DNA of 64,000 bases from Polyangiaceae bacterium. GTDB taxonomy: Bacteria; Myxococcota_A; Polyangia; Polyangiales; Polyangiaceae. The notes beneath the pieces were generated by a model that worked only from the letters and a program-made list of their open reading frames with translations, was not told the origin of the DNA and ran no database searches. Where the stretch lies: contig JAPSGB010000007.1 in assembly GCA_035063585.1 (NCBI GenBank), positions 1 to 64,000 on the forward strand, read 5' to 3'. Numbering within the stretch: the first letter of the stretch is position 1; the number at the start of each line of letters is the position of its first letter. Position numbers and translations under genes: made by a program. Positions 9,315-21,685 of the stretch are shown here, in pieces.

Positions 9315-11564
9315 CTATTTCGGCACGGGGCGGACGACGACTTCGCGCAGCTGGCGCCGGAACGCCTTGAAGCGGTCCATCACCTTCGCCTTCATCGCCT
9401 CGTCGTCGAGGAGATCCTTCTTCTCTGCGGGATCGCTGGCCAGATCATAGAGCCCGAGCGGCCGCCCGCTCGAAGCGATGAGCTTCAGGTCATTCTCTAT
9501 GAAGGCCTGGCGGTCGGCGTTGTTCGGGCCAGCGCTCATGTCGATGAACACGATCCGCGCGGCGGGAGTGTAGCCGGGCGGCATCAAGAGGTCGGGCAAG
9601 AGCGTCTCGCCGCTCACGAAGTCACTCGAACCCTCCGGCGCGCTCGCTCGACTCGGCGGCAGCGGGAGGCGAAAGAGCTCGAGCACGGTCGGCACCAGAT
9701 CGATCGCGCTCCGGCGCACCGTGACGTGATGAGGCTGGGCGCCCGGGACGTATACGATGAACGGCACCCGCACGAGCTCGTCCCACAGCTCGAAGCCGTG
9801 GCGAATGAGCCCGTGCTCGCCGAAGGCCTCGCCGTGGTCCGAGGTCACGACGATGACGGTGCTCTTCCCGAATTTGCTCTGCTCGATGAACTCGATGAGC
9901 CGTCCGACCTGCCGGTCGGTGAAGGCGACCTCACCATCATAGAGCTCGCGGCTGGCGCCGCCGAAGTCGAACTCCTCGTGGCGCACATACTCCGCGTGCG
10001 GATCGAGGTAGTGGACCCACATATAGAAGGGCCTATCGACGTTGGCCGGATCGGAGAGCTGCGCGATGGCCGCGTCGGAGAGCTTATCGCTGTTGACCGT
10101 GCGATCGCCCTCTTGCTGGAGGACCTTTGGCGCGGCGCTGAGGTCGAGCACGTCGAAGCCGCGCCCGATCCCGGTGTTCTCCTTGAAGTACCAGTGCCCT
10201 TGCACGCTGATGGTGCGAATGCCGGCCGCCTTCAAGCGTTCCTGCACCATGATGTCGTCCTTGGTGTAGGAGTTGAAGTGGCTCCAGCCGCGGTGCGTCT
10301 CGCTCGAGTACTTGCCGCTGAGGAGCGGGCCGATGCTCTTGCCGGTGTAGGAGGCGAGCGCGTACATCTTGTCGTATACGACGCTCCGCTTGGCGAGCGC
10401 GTCGAGGTTCGGCGAGAGGTTTCGCGAGTTGCCGGCGTAACCGAGGTCGTAGCGGAGGGTGTCCACGGTGATGAGCACCACGTTCAGCGGCTTCGGCAGG
10501 TGCGCCTCGAGCCACGCCTTCGCGTCGGGCGGCGCGGCCGGCGCGGCCGGCGCGAGCTCGACCGCGACGTCGTCGGAACCCGAGCAGTCCTCGTCGACGG
10601 CGTTGCCCGGCACGTCCTCCGCCCCCGGGTGGATGGCGGGATCCCGGTCGTTGCAGTCGCCGCCGCCGAAGCGCCGCGCGAAGCCATCCCGGTCGCGGTC
10701 ATCGAGCCGCCGCGCGAGCCCGAGCACCATCTTCCCGAGCGGCGCGCCGCGCTCCACGGTGAGCGCGAGCTTGCGCTCGTCGAGCTTGGCGGCGCTCCGC
10801 CAGAAGAGCGCGAGCGGCGCGAGCGCCAGGAGCGCGCTCGCGAGCGCCGGTACCCGTGACGCGAGCGCGGCGGGGGCGAGGTACGCGCCCAGCGCGATCA
10901 CGAGCAAGAGCGCGGGAGCACGGAGATCCAGCTCGGCGCGCTTCAGCACACCGAAGATCGCGTGGACGCCGCCCGCGCCGCTCGGGGTCCCCGAGGCGAC
11001 CGCCCAGCCGAACCACGCCGCGCCGAGCGCCCCGCCCACCACGAGCAGGGTGAGCGGGCTCGGCGGCCTGCGCACCCAGACGGCGCCGAGCGCGCGGCCC
11101 CCGCCGAGGACGAGCGCCCCCACGAGGAGCCCCAGGCCGGCCGCGGCGAGGCCGAGCCCCGCGCCGGCCGCGGCGCTGCTCGCCTCGGACGACAAGAGCG
11201 CCAGCGCGGCGCGCGCGGTGAGCACCATCCACCCCACCGCGCCGAGCGGCGCGAGGAGCGCGACCCCGGCCACGCGGGCGCGCGCGGGGCCCTCCCCTCG
11301 CGCGAGAAAACGCGCGAGCCCGCGCGGCGCCGGCGGGCCGCTCGGGTGGAGGAACCAAGAGAGGACGGCGACGCCGCCGCCGACCGCGAGCGCCGCCGGC
11401 GTGATGAGCCCGAGGTCGGTAAGGAAGATGGCGGAGACCGGCGGCGGCTCGCTCGCCACGCTCGCGGCCCACCGGCTATCGAGTAGCGCCGCGACGACCG
11501 CGAGCGCGGTCGCACCGAGGAGGGAGGCCGAGAGCCGGCGCGCTATGGAGGAGGTCGGAGCCAC
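9315..11564 (-). CDS. Membrane-anchored sulfatase/alkaline-phosphatase-superfamily enzyme with a putative metal-binding (MopE-like) repeat
   Basis: Multiple N-terminal hydrophobic helices. DCNDRDPAIHPGAEDVPGNAVDEDC repeat. Core motifs ITVDTLRYD, HYLDPH and TSDHGEAF. Confidence 0.85.
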   Translation of the reverse strand: MAPTSSIARRLSASLLGATALAVVAALLDSRWAASVASEPPPVSAIFLTDLGLITPAALAVGGGVAVLSWFLHPSGPPAPRGLARFLARGEGPARARVAGVALLAPLGAVGWMVLTARAALALLSSEASSAAAGAGLGLAAAGLGLLVGALVLGGGRALGAVWVRRPPSPLTLLVVGGALGAAWFGWAVASGTPSGAGGVHAIFGVLKRAELDLRAPALLLVIALGAYLAPAALASRVPALASALLALAPLALFWRSAAKLDERKLALTVERGAPLGKMVLGLARRLDDRDRDGFARRFGGGDCNDRDPAIHPGAEDVPGNAVDEDCSGSDDVAVELAPAAPAAPPDAKAWLEAHLPKPLNVVLITVDTLRYDLGYAGNSRNLSPNLDALAKRSVVYDKMYALASYTGKSIGPLLSGKYSSETHRGWSHFNSYTKDDIMVQERLKAAGIRTISVQGHWYFKENTGIGRGFDVLDLSAAPKVLQQEGDRTVNSDKLSDAAIAQLSDPANVDRPFYMWVHYLDPHAEYVRHEEFDFGGASRELYDGEVAFTDRQVGRLIEFIEQSKFGKSTVIVVTSDHGEAFGEHGLIRHGFELWDELVRVPFIVYVPGAQPHHVTVRRSAIDLVPTVLELFRLPLPPSRASAPEGSSDFVSGETLLPDLLMPPGYTPAARIVFIDMSAGPNNADRQAFIENDLKLIASSGRPLGLYDLASDPAEKKDLLDDEAMKAKVMDRFKAFRRQLREVVVRPVPK

Positions 11565-11609
11565 GGTCGGCGGTGGTTCTGCCAGAGCCGGACGCCGAAG
11601 ACAAATCCG

Positions 11610-13007
<1,398 letters not shown>

Positions 13008-13144
13008 CTTCACTTCTCCGCTCGAGGCGGCGGATGATACCGGAAATGAGCGCGGCGGCGAGGGCCCGGAACCGTGTGTCCCGGCCCTCGCCGCCCCGGC
13101 CTTCGGCGGGCCCGCGTTCCCCGCGAATTCGCCCCGCGCCGCGA

Positions 13145-14479
13145 CTACTCGGCGAGGCCGTGCGCTGCGTCGCGACCGACGGCGACCTTCGTCTCGCCCC
13201 AAACGTGCTCGATGACCTTGGCGCCCCCGATCGCCTCCGCGGCGCCCTTTTTCGCGAACCCGTGCGTCATGAGGACCGCGTTCTCGGCCGCGTCGATCGC
13301 CACCGCGCCGTATTCGCCGCGGTGCTTGTGGACCGCGTCGACCGTCGCGTCATAGCGCGCCATGGTCGCCGTGAGCTTGGCATCGGCGTCTTTCGCCCGC
13401 CCGACCGCGCGCTCGAGCCGCCCGGGGTCGTTCGCCTGTCGGGCGCGCTCGACCTCGCCGGCGGCCGCCTGGTACTCCTCGTAGTCCGCGTAGGCCTGCC
13501 GGTAGAGCCCGTCGGCCTTCTCCTGCCGCGCGGTGTACTCCCCGGCCAGGGCCGCGACGCCGTGCTCGGCGAGATCGGCAGCCCGGTGAAGCGGCTTCGT
13601 ATCCCCGGTCACCGCGACCTCGACCATCGCCGCCGCCATGGTCGCGACGGTGCCCGCGGCGGACACCGCGCCCACCACGAACTCCCCGTCGCGCGAGGTG
13701 CGCGGCATCTTCATGTAACGCTGCTTGGCGCGCTCGAGCTCGCCGGTGAAGTGGTGGAGCCGCCCGGCCGCATCGAAGCCCTCGGCGGGCAGTGGGGCCG
13801 CGCCCTCGCGCGTCGCTTCGGCGCGCGCCGCCGCCGCGTCTTCGGCCTCGATGGCCGCGAGCGACTCGCGCTCGAGCTTCACCGCCGCCCCGACGCTCGC
13901 GCCCATCTTCACGGTCGCCGCGATGTCGAGCTGCTGCTCGTGGGAGAAGCCGCGCACGGCGCGGATCGCCCGCTCGGCCACCGCTAGCCGCTGCATGCCC
14001 TGGGTGCCGCTCCGCGCGACCTCACGCTCGACCACCTCTCGCTGCGGCTTCGGCAGGCCGCGCGTCCGCATCGCGATGGCGCGATCGGCGAGCCCAGGGT
14101 CGCCGGTGAGCGCGGCGCGCATGAATTCGAAGCGCGCGAGCGCGGTGAGCTCGCCCTTGCTCATCCGCGCGTACTGCGACGCCGCGTAGCGCGCGGCGAA
14201 CGCCCCGACCTCGGCGCCCGCGCCGGGCAGCTCTCGGGCGATCGCCTCTGCCGCTTGCCGCGCGGTCACCACGCGCTCGCTCGCCTGCCGCGCGACGTAG
14301 CCGGCGCGCAGCCTGCCCGCGCCCGGGCTCGCCGCCGAGCTCTCGGCCGGCGCCGCGGCGGCTCCGCCGGTCGCGCCGGACGCCGGCCGCGCCGGGCCGG
14401 CACCCTCGGGAGCAGCGGGCGCGGGCTCGCCGGAGAGATGGGGAGACGGGGTACCTCGAGGCTCGATTCGCGTCGTCAT
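13145..14479 (-). CDS. Hypothetical alpha-helical protein (disordered N-terminus, coiled-coil-like body, hydrophobic segment)
   Basis: C-terminal 444 aa of track ORF 13145..15895, from MTTRIEPRG. Normal amino-acid composition here; the upstream part of that ORF is a shadow of xerC. Confidence 0.7.
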   Translation of the reverse strand: MTTRIEPRGTPSPHLSGEPAPAAPEGAGPARPASGATGGAAAAPAESSAASPGAGRLRAGYVARQASERVVTARQAAEAIARELPGAGAEVGAFAARYAASQYARMSKGELTALARFEFMRAALTGDPGLADRAIAMRTRGLPKPQREVVEREVARSGTQGMQRLAVAERAIRAVRGFSHEQQLDIAATVKMGASVGAAVKLERESLAAIEAEDAAAARAEATREGAAPLPAEGFDAAGRLHHFTGELERAKQRYMKMPRTSRDGEFVVGAVSAAGTVATMAAAMVEVAVTGDTKPLHRAADLAEHGVAALAGEYTARQEKADGLYRQAYADYEEYQAAAGEVERARQANDPGRLERAVGRAKDADAKLTATMARYDATVDAVHKHRGEYGAVAIDAAENAVLMTHGFAKKGAAEAIGGAKVIEHVWGETKVAVGRDAAHGLAE

Positions 14480-14526
14480 GGGGCCGGGTTCGGCGCCGCC
14501 CCGGCCCCGGTTGCGGGAAAACGCCG

Positions 14527-15468
<942 letters not shown>

Positions 15469-15513
15469 CGAGCCCGAGGCTAGCTCGCGTGAGCGCCCAC
15501 GGCCAAGCTTCCC

Positions 15514-16170
15514 TCAGGCTTGCCATACGGCGAGGAGCCAGCACGCGACGCCGACGAGCGTCACGACGAGCCCCGCCCGCGAGCGCTCGGCGATGAGCTC
15601 CCCGCCTGGGCCCACAGCGCGCATCCCGAGCAGGCCCAGCCCGAGCGCGGAGAGCACGAACCCGAGCCCCAGCACCAGCACCCACTCGCCTCGCGGCGCG
15701 GTGTCGCGCCCGAGCTCGGCGAGCGCGCGACGCTCGTCGGCGCCGAGGCGGTCCGAATCCTCCGGACCACCCGCCGCGGCGGCCTGGGCGCGAGCGGCGA
15801 GCCGCGCCAGGTTCGCGTTGGCGCGCTCTAGCTCCGCGCGTCGCAGGATGACGAGCGTCCGCGTCTCGAGCGCGGCGCCGCGCACCGCGCGCCACGCCAT
15901 CTCGGCGATCCGCGGGCGCCCGGTCGCCTCGGCTCCGGTAGCGATGGCGATGAGCCGCGCGTAGGCCGCGTCGACGTGCGGCGCGCCGGGCGCGTAGAGC
16001 ACCGCCGCGCGCCGCGCGTGGTCCATCGCCTCGCGCAGGTGCCCTTGATCGAAGGCGGCATCGCTCGCCTCGAGCTCGCGCCGCCCGTCACGGACCGCGC
16101 GCGCGGTGAGCGCCGCGAAGGCGATCACCGCGAGCATCAGCCCGAGCGCGACCCCGCGAAGCCACCTCAC
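15514..16170 (-). CDS. Hypothetical membrane protein (N-terminal TM, helical TPR-like middle, two C-terminal TMs)
   Basis: From GTG 16170: MRWLRGVALGLMLAVIAFAAL. Starts 10 nt after the permease stop; hydrophobic C-terminal hairpin. Confidence 0.7.
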   Translation of the reverse strand: MRWLRGVALGLMLAVIAFAALTARAVRDGRRELEASDAAFDQGHLREAMDHARRAAVLYAPGAPHVDAAYARLIAIATGAEATGRPRIAEMAWRAVRGAALETRTLVILRRAELERANANLARLAARAQAAAAGGPEDSDRLGADERRALAELGRDTAPRGEWVLVLGLGFVLSALGLGLLGMRAVGPGGELIAERSRAGLVVTLVGVACWLLAVWQA

Positions 16171-16180
16171 CCGTAGCGCC

Positions 16181-17113
16181 TCAGAGGAAGTCCCGCCGCC
16201 GGAACACCAGGCCGGCGAGCGCGATGAGCCCCACCGCCCACGCGACGGCATGAAGCGCGGCGATGAGGAGATACTGGCCGAGGCCGCTCCCGGCGGCTTC
16301 GCCCGTGAGCAGCGGTCGCGGCGGCACGTAGAGCATGAGGTTCGGGAACACCTTGCCGAGCACGACGCCGGCCTTCTGGATCGCTTGACCAAACACCCGC
16401 GCCGGCATGTGCGCGAGCGTGTCCGCAGAGCGCCCCACCAGGAAGACGCCGAAGGTGAGGACCGCCGTCAAGAACGGCGACGAGAACGACGAGAAGAGCG
16501 TGGCGATGGCCGCTACGATGCCCACCTCGCACAGGGTGAGCGCCGCCGAGCCGACGATGACGCGGCGATCGTCGGGCGCGTCCGCCGCGAGCCACCAGCC
16601 GGCGACGCACACGAGCGCCGCCCAGAGGATCGGCAGCGCGATGCGGAGCCGCGCGACTCTCCACCCGAGGACGAGCGCCACGAGCGCGCTGCCGACCCCG
16701 ACACCGAGCACGAGCTCCGCGCTCCGCCCGCTCAGCTCCGCGAGCGCGAGCAGGAGCGCGCCGGAGTTGGCCGCGATGAATACCCCGAGGGTGAACACGA
16801 TGCCGAGAAACTTCCCGATCAGATACTCGCTCCGCCGAATCGGGCGCGCGAGGATCGGGAACACCGTCTTCAGCTCCAGCTCCCGATAGAGCGAGGTCGA
16901 CGCGAGCACCACGGCGACGATGATGCCGTAGAGCGAGATCGACGCCGCGCCGAGATCGCTCACCACGCGCAGCTGCGCGCGCACCGCATAGGCGCCGACC
17001 ACCAGCGAGTACCCGGCGGTGGCGAGCGCGAGCGCGAACAAGCCATGGAGCACGCGTGCGCGCACGGCCTCGCGGTAGGTATTCATCGCGATCACGCCGA
17101 CGCGGGAGAACAT
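16181..17113 (-). CDS. ABC-2 type transporter permease (PilI-like)
   Basis: IAMNTYREAVRAR, ELELKTVFPILARPIRRSEYLIGKFLG, multiple TMs, FRRRDF terminus. Start placed at ATG 17113. Confidence 0.85.
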   Translation of the reverse strand: MFSRVGVIAMNTYREAVRARVLHGLFALALATAGYSLVVGAYAVRAQLRVVSDLGAASISLYGIIVAVVLASTSLYRELELKTVFPILARPIRRSEYLIGKFLGIVFTLGVFIAANSGALLLALAELSGRSAELVLGVGVGSALVALVLGWRVARLRIALPILWAALVCVAGWWLAADAPDDRRVIVGSAALTLCEVGIVAAIATLFSSFSSPFLTAVLTFGVFLVGRSADTLAHMPARVFGQAIQKAGVVLGKVFPNLMLYVPPRPLLTGEAAGSGLGQYLLIAALHAVAWAVGLIALAGLVFRRRDFL

Positions 17114-17284
17114 GCCGGCGCGCAGGATACCGCGCCGGACCGACAAAACCCAGGGCTCCCGCGCCCGCGTTCGCGTTCGCCACCGGAGACTCGGGATGCC
17201 GGTTCGGCGCGGCCGGCGGCGCGGACGCCCGCCGGCGCTTCCCGCCTCGCGACCCTGCGCGGTCGCGGCGGGCCACCTCGCCGC

Positions 17285-18253
17285 TCATCCCGCCCGGGCG
17301 AAGAGCGCCGCTACGAGCGCGAGCACCGCTAGGAGCGCGACGAGCCCGGCGACGAAGAGCGCGATCTTGAGCGCCGACTTCGGGGAGGAGCCGAGGATGA
17401 TGGACGGGTCCTGGCCGTGCACCACTACCCGATGCAGCCGGTCTCGGTAGCGATACGCGAGGACGTAGCTCGGAAATGCGAGCCGCCGCGTCGAGAGCTG
17501 CCGGAGCAGCACCGCCACCTCGAGCTTTCGGTACCGCGAGCCGGGGATCCACGCGACGGCGTCCGCCGCCGACTGAGCTTCCACGGCGCGCGCGACGATC
17601 TGGCGGGCAGCGCTGCGCTGCACGTCGAAGCGCTCGATCACGGCGCCGGGCATCGCGTGGGGCGCGGCGAGGAGATCGCCCGAAGCGTAGCCCGGCGTGA
17701 GCGCGGAGGTCTCCGCGAAGGTGAGCCCCCGCGACGCGCTCACCACCAGCGAGCGCAGACTGAGCGGCGCCTGACCCGAGTGCGGGGCCCAAGCCGAGCG
17801 ATGGGAGCCTGCGTTCGAGTCCGCGGCCCAGCTCACGAGCGCCTCGGCGTCGATCATCCAGGCGACCCACCAGGTCGGGACCAGCGACTGGACGGTCGAG
17901 TGACTCACGAGATCGGACGGCCTGAAGAACCCGCGCGTCCCGAGCCAAGCGCGAAGCGCACCCTGCGCGGTCGCGGGGTCGACGCGGAACGGCACGAACG
18001 ACTCGGCCTGCTCGATGGGGTCGAGGCTCTGCTCGAGCGCTACCACCGAGCCGCAGAACGCGCAGCGCGGCGCCTGCACGCGCACGTCATACTCGATCGC
18101 GGCGCCGCAGCCCCTGCACCGCATGATGACGGCGGACGCCTGCAGCGCGACCGAGGCGTCGAACGGCGTCGGCAAGCTGCAGATCGCGCAACGCAGATCG
18201 CCGGCCTCGATGGGGCACGCGCAGCGCGAGCACGGCGCGAGGCTCGCCGTCAC
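17285..18253 (-). CDS. Zinc-ribbon membrane protein (two ribbons, C-terminal TM)
   Basis: From GTG 18253: CSRC/CAIC and CRGC/CAFC pairs, FVPFRV, YRYRD...VVHGQ, C-terminal hydrophobic helix. GTGA overlap with the upstream paralogue. Confidence 0.8.
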   Translation of the reverse strand: MTASLAPCSRCACPIEAGDLRCAICSLPTPFDASVALQASAVIMRCRGCGAAIEYDVRVQAPRCAFCGSVVALEQSLDPIEQAESFVPFRVDPATAQGALRAWLGTRGFFRPSDLVSHSTVQSLVPTWWVAWMIDAEALVSWAADSNAGSHRSAWAPHSGQAPLSLRSLVVSASRGLTFAETSALTPGYASGDLLAAPHAMPGAVIERFDVQRSAARQIVARAVEAQSAADAVAWIPGSRYRKLEVAVLLRQLSTRRLAFPSYVLAYRYRDRLHRVVVHGQDPSIILGSSPKSALKIALFVAGLVALLAVLALVAALFARAG

Positions 18254-19170
18254 GAGTACTCTCCGAGGAGCCAGATGGCGGCCGCGGCGCCCGCCAGGAC
18301 GCCGAGCACGAGGAGCACGGCGACGATGACCCTCAGCACCGACACCGGCGCCTTGCCGTAGATCCTGCCCGTCTGCCCGTTGACGAGCAGCCGGACCACC
18401 GGCTGGTCGGGCGCGTAGCGCACCGGGAGCACCCAGATCGGTAAGAGGGTGAGCGCGAGATCCTCGTGAGCCATCCCCGTGCGCCAGGTGACTTCGCCGT
18501 GGCGGTCTCCGGGAAGGAACTGCGCGAGGCGCACGCCGACCGCGGCCTCCGCCTCCCGTCGAGCGAGCCCTACGCACTCCTCGATGGTGAGCGACGGCTC
18601 CTCGGCGGCCCAGCCGCTCACGACGTCGGCGCGGTAGCGGCGGAGCGCGCGCAAATCGTAGGGTTCGATGCCCTCGAGCTCGTGATTCGGGATCCCGCGC
18701 GAGGCGGTCACCACGCGATCGTTCACGTAGAGCGCGAGCTCCCCGCGGAGCTCCCGCCACTCCGTCTCGACGCGCGAGCGTGTTCGCGTGACCGTCCGGC
18801 CCTGGCTGTCGGTCGTGGTGTAGGTCTCGGTGACGGTGTAGTCCTCGCCGATCGAGGCCGAGTAGCTCGTGGAGGTGGCGGCCGAGTAGAGGTAGACGGG
18901 CGCGTAGAGCCCGGTGATCTCGTGCGGCGCGGCGCGGCGAAACGCGCCCGGCGCGAACAGAGGCCGCTCGAGCCACGCGCGAGCGAGCTCGAGCGCGCGC
19001 TCGGGCGTGACGACGAAGCCGACCACGAAGGCGGGCGGTGGACGGTCCGCGCTGGGCGGCCGCTCGATGACGGAGGGCGACGCGCAGTACGGGCAACGCG
19101 CGGAGCGCTGCCCGGCGCCGGCGACCAGGGCCGCGCCGCAGTTCCGACACTCGAGGGAGAGCCCGCTCAC
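18250..19170 (-). CDS. Zinc-ribbon membrane protein (paralogue of the downstream gene)
   Basis: CRNC/CPYC, IEPYDL, LLPIWV...VNGQTGRIYGKAP, C-terminal TM. Confidence 0.85.
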   Translation of the reverse strand: MSGLSLECRNCGAALVAGAGQRSARCPYCASPSVIERPPSADRPPPAFVVGFVVTPERALELARAWLERPLFAPGAFRRAAPHEITGLYAPVYLYSAATSTSYSASIGEDYTVTETYTTTDSQGRTVTRTRSRVETEWRELRGELALYVNDRVVTASRGIPNHELEGIEPYDLRALRRYRADVVSGWAAEEPSLTIEECVGLARREAEAAVGVRLAQFLPGDRHGEVTWRTGMAHEDLALTLLPIWVLPVRYAPDQPVVRLLVNGQTGRIYGKAPVSVLRVIVAVLLVLGVLAGAAAAIWLLGEYS

Positions 19171-19254
19171 GAGGCCCGCAGTCTACCGTAGGCGCGGGCG
19201 AGGCCGGCGCCCATGGCGAGCTCCCGCGCGCCGAGCGAGCATGGCGCTGGGATC

Positions 19255-21399
19255 TCAGGGCTCCGCCACGAACACGTCGAGCGACCACTCGCCCGAGCCT
19301 CCCCGATATCCGTCGACCTGCACGAAGTACTCGCCGGCGGGGAGCAGCAGCGAGAGGAAGCTCTTGTCTTGATAGTAACCGGCGGCGCAGGCGGCCGCGA
19401 GCTCGGTGCCCGGGCAGGTGTCGGCGCGGCGCACGTCGAGGAGCGTGTCGTAGCCGCTGCCCTTCATGTCGAGGACCACCCGGCGCGGGCGCGAGAGCTT
19501 CAGGCGGAGCATCTGGTCGGGCGCGCCGCCCGCTGGTTGCCCACCGAGATCGCAGCCGGCCTCGTAGTCTGCGCTCGCGTTGGCGGTATTGCCGAGGAAC
19601 CGCCCGCCGTCGGCCGGGATGTCGATCGCCGTCTCGCAGGTGTCGGCGAAGGGCACGAGTACGGGCGGGCGGGCCGGCCGCGTATAGGCGGCGAGCGTGA
19701 CCGGTGAGCCATATTGCGACTCGACGACGGCCCGATGGCTCCCGGGAGCGACCCCCCGAGCGACCGCGCGCACCGGGCTCGCCCATGAGGTGCCGCACGA
19801 GAGCGCGCCCCCCACCCGGCACTCCGGGGGCGCGAGGCCGACCGCGCCGACGTCGCCGCTCGAGATGCGCTCGACGAGCAGGACATCCGAGCGCTCGGTG
19901 AGGTCGAGACGATACGCCGCGTCCGCCGCGCCGGACAGGCAGCCGAGCGAGATGTCGTCGGTGTGGCCCGCGAGCGACACATTCACTGACTTTCCAGCCT
20001 CGAGCGGCGGTGCGCCGTCGCAGAGCTCGTCCGCGCTCGGCGAGCTCGGCGCGCCGACCCGCGCGAGCACACGCACGTCGCTGGGCGCGTCGGCCGACAC
20101 GCTCACATAGAGCGTACTCGGGCTGCTCACCCGCACGAAGAGGTGGGCGTTGTCCGCGCTCTGGCAGGTGCGCTCATCGGCGAGCCCCGCGCAAGCGCCG
20201 CCCCGGAGCGAGAGCGACGGCGTCCCGAGGCCGTCCGCCGAGGTCGCGTAGAGGTCGACGTCGGCCGCCGCGGAGAGGGTGAGCGCATACACGAGCTCTC
20301 CGGCGCTGCTGGTGCAGGCCGACTCGAGATCGCGCGCGACCCCCGCGAGCCGGGCGAGCACCGGCTCCCCGGGCTCGAGCGGGAGCGCGGTCCCGCAGGT
20401 CTCGTTCGAGGGCGCCGGCGCCGCCGGCAGGTACTCGACGCGCAAGAGGACCTCGCTGCCCGCGAGCCCGAACACCGCGAGCGGGTAGGCGCCGGGCCCG
20501 AGGCCGCGCGCGCGCACGCGGGCCACGTTCCCCGTCTGCCGCACGTAGGTCGGGCTGCAGGCGAGCTCACTCGATGCGACGCCGCACGTCCCGCTCACCG
20601 CGAGCGCCAGCCCCGGATCGGTCGAGGTCGCCACGACGTCGATATCGACGGGCGGCCCTTCGGGGACGACGAGCGCGGCTACCACGTCGCGGAAGCTACC
20701 GCCCGACCCCGCGCAGCTCGCCGAGTAGTCGCTCGACGCCGCCGCGAGGCTCATCGGGTAGCTGCCGGACGCCGTGATCTCGAGCGCGTCGGCGCAGGTG
20801 TCGTGGCGGGGTGAGCTGCAGTCGTCCTCGTCGAGCTCACCGTCGCAGTCGTCGTCGACCCCGTTTCCGCAGATCTCCGGCGCGAGGCTCGACACGTCAG
20901 GGTTGCCGTCGTTGCAGTCCCCACCGCCGCAGTTCCATGGCGGATCGCCGTCGCCGTCAGCGTCGCGCGGCGCGTGGGCGCAGGAGCGCGTCGCCTCCAC
21001 GCAGGTGTCGATGGTGCAGGTGTCGTCGTCCGAGCAGCTCACCGGCTCGCCCGCGATGCAGCCACGCTTCGCGTCGCACACCTCGGCGCCGTTGCAGTAC
21101 ACGCCGTCGTCGCAGCGCGACTGCGCGGGCTCGTGACGACAGCGACCGAGCGCGAGATCGCAGCCATCCGTCGTGCAGTCGAGGCCGTCGTCGCACTGGC
21201 CGTCGTCGACGCATGGCCCGCCGACCGCGCCGCCGGCGGACCCGTCGCCGGCCGCGCCGCCCAAGCCCCCGGCGCCCTGCCCGGCCGCGCCCGAGGCACC
21301 CGCGGCGCCCGAGTCGAGGAAGGGGCTCCGCGACGACGACTGCGAGCCGCACCCAGCGAGCGTGGCGGCGAGCGCGAGGAGCGCGAGACGGCGAAGCAT
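19255..21399 (-). CDS. Cys-rich lipoprotein with CDDG repeats, putative metal-binding motif and tandem PPC-like beta-sandwich domains
   Basis: Lipobox LAGC and Gly-rich linker. CDDGLDCTTDGC and CDDGVYCNG repeats; DCNDGNP...EICGNGVDDDCDG. Four (D/E)TC/ELC-initiated domains; GEYFVQVDGY. The track start at 21417 is also possible. Confidence 0.85.
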   Translation of the reverse strand: MLRRLALLALAATLAGCGSQSSSRSPFLDSGAAGASGAAGQGAGGLGGAAGDGSAGGAVGGPCVDDGQCDDGLDCTTDGCDLALGRCRHEPAQSRCDDGVYCNGAEVCDAKRGCIAGEPVSCSDDDTCTIDTCVEATRSCAHAPRDADGDGDPPWNCGGGDCNDGNPDVSSLAPEICGNGVDDDCDGELDEDDCSSPRHDTCADALEITASGSYPMSLAAASSDYSASCAGSGGSFRDVVAALVVPEGPPVDIDVVATSTDPGLALAVSGTCGVASSELACSPTYVRQTGNVARVRARGLGPGAYPLAVFGLAGSEVLLRVEYLPAAPAPSNETCGTALPLEPGEPVLARLAGVARDLESACTSSAGELVYALTLSAAADVDLYATSADGLGTPSLSLRGGACAGLADERTCQSADNAHLFVRVSSPSTLYVSVSADAPSDVRVLARVGAPSSPSADELCDGAPPLEAGKSVNVSLAGHTDDISLGCLSGAADAAYRLDLTERSDVLLVERISSGDVGAVGLAPPECRVGGALSCGTSWASPVRAVARGVAPGSHRAVVESQYGSPVTLAAYTRPARPPVLVPFADTCETAIDIPADGGRFLGNTANASADYEAGCDLGGQPAGGAPDQMLRLKLSRPRRVVLDMKGSGYDTLLDVRRADTCPGTELAAACAAGYYQDKSFLSLLLPAGEYFVQVDGYRGGSGEWSLDVFVAEP

Positions 21400-21502
21400 C
21401 TCGCTCTGGTGTATCACGCGACGAGCTTGCCGCCGCTCGGAGGGCAGGCCGGCCGGCGACGGGCCCGGCGACCTGCGCTCACGAAGCCAGCATGATTTTC
21501 GG

Positions 21503-21574
<72 letters not shown>

Positions 21575-21586
21575 AACGGGCGGAGG

Positions 21587-21615
21587 TTCTTAGACCTCGG
21601 CGCGCGGCCTGTCAA
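21587..21615 (-). promoter_or_regulatory. Sigma70-type promoter of tRNA-Gly
   Basis: TTGACA (21610-21615), 17-nt spacer, TAAGAA (21587-21592), then a GC-rich discriminator-like stretch. Confidence 0.7.
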
Positions 21616-21685
21616 GCTCCCGGCGGGCTTCCGCGCCGGACCGACAAAAACCCCCTCGAGCCCGGCGGGCTGCGGCCCTGCCCCG

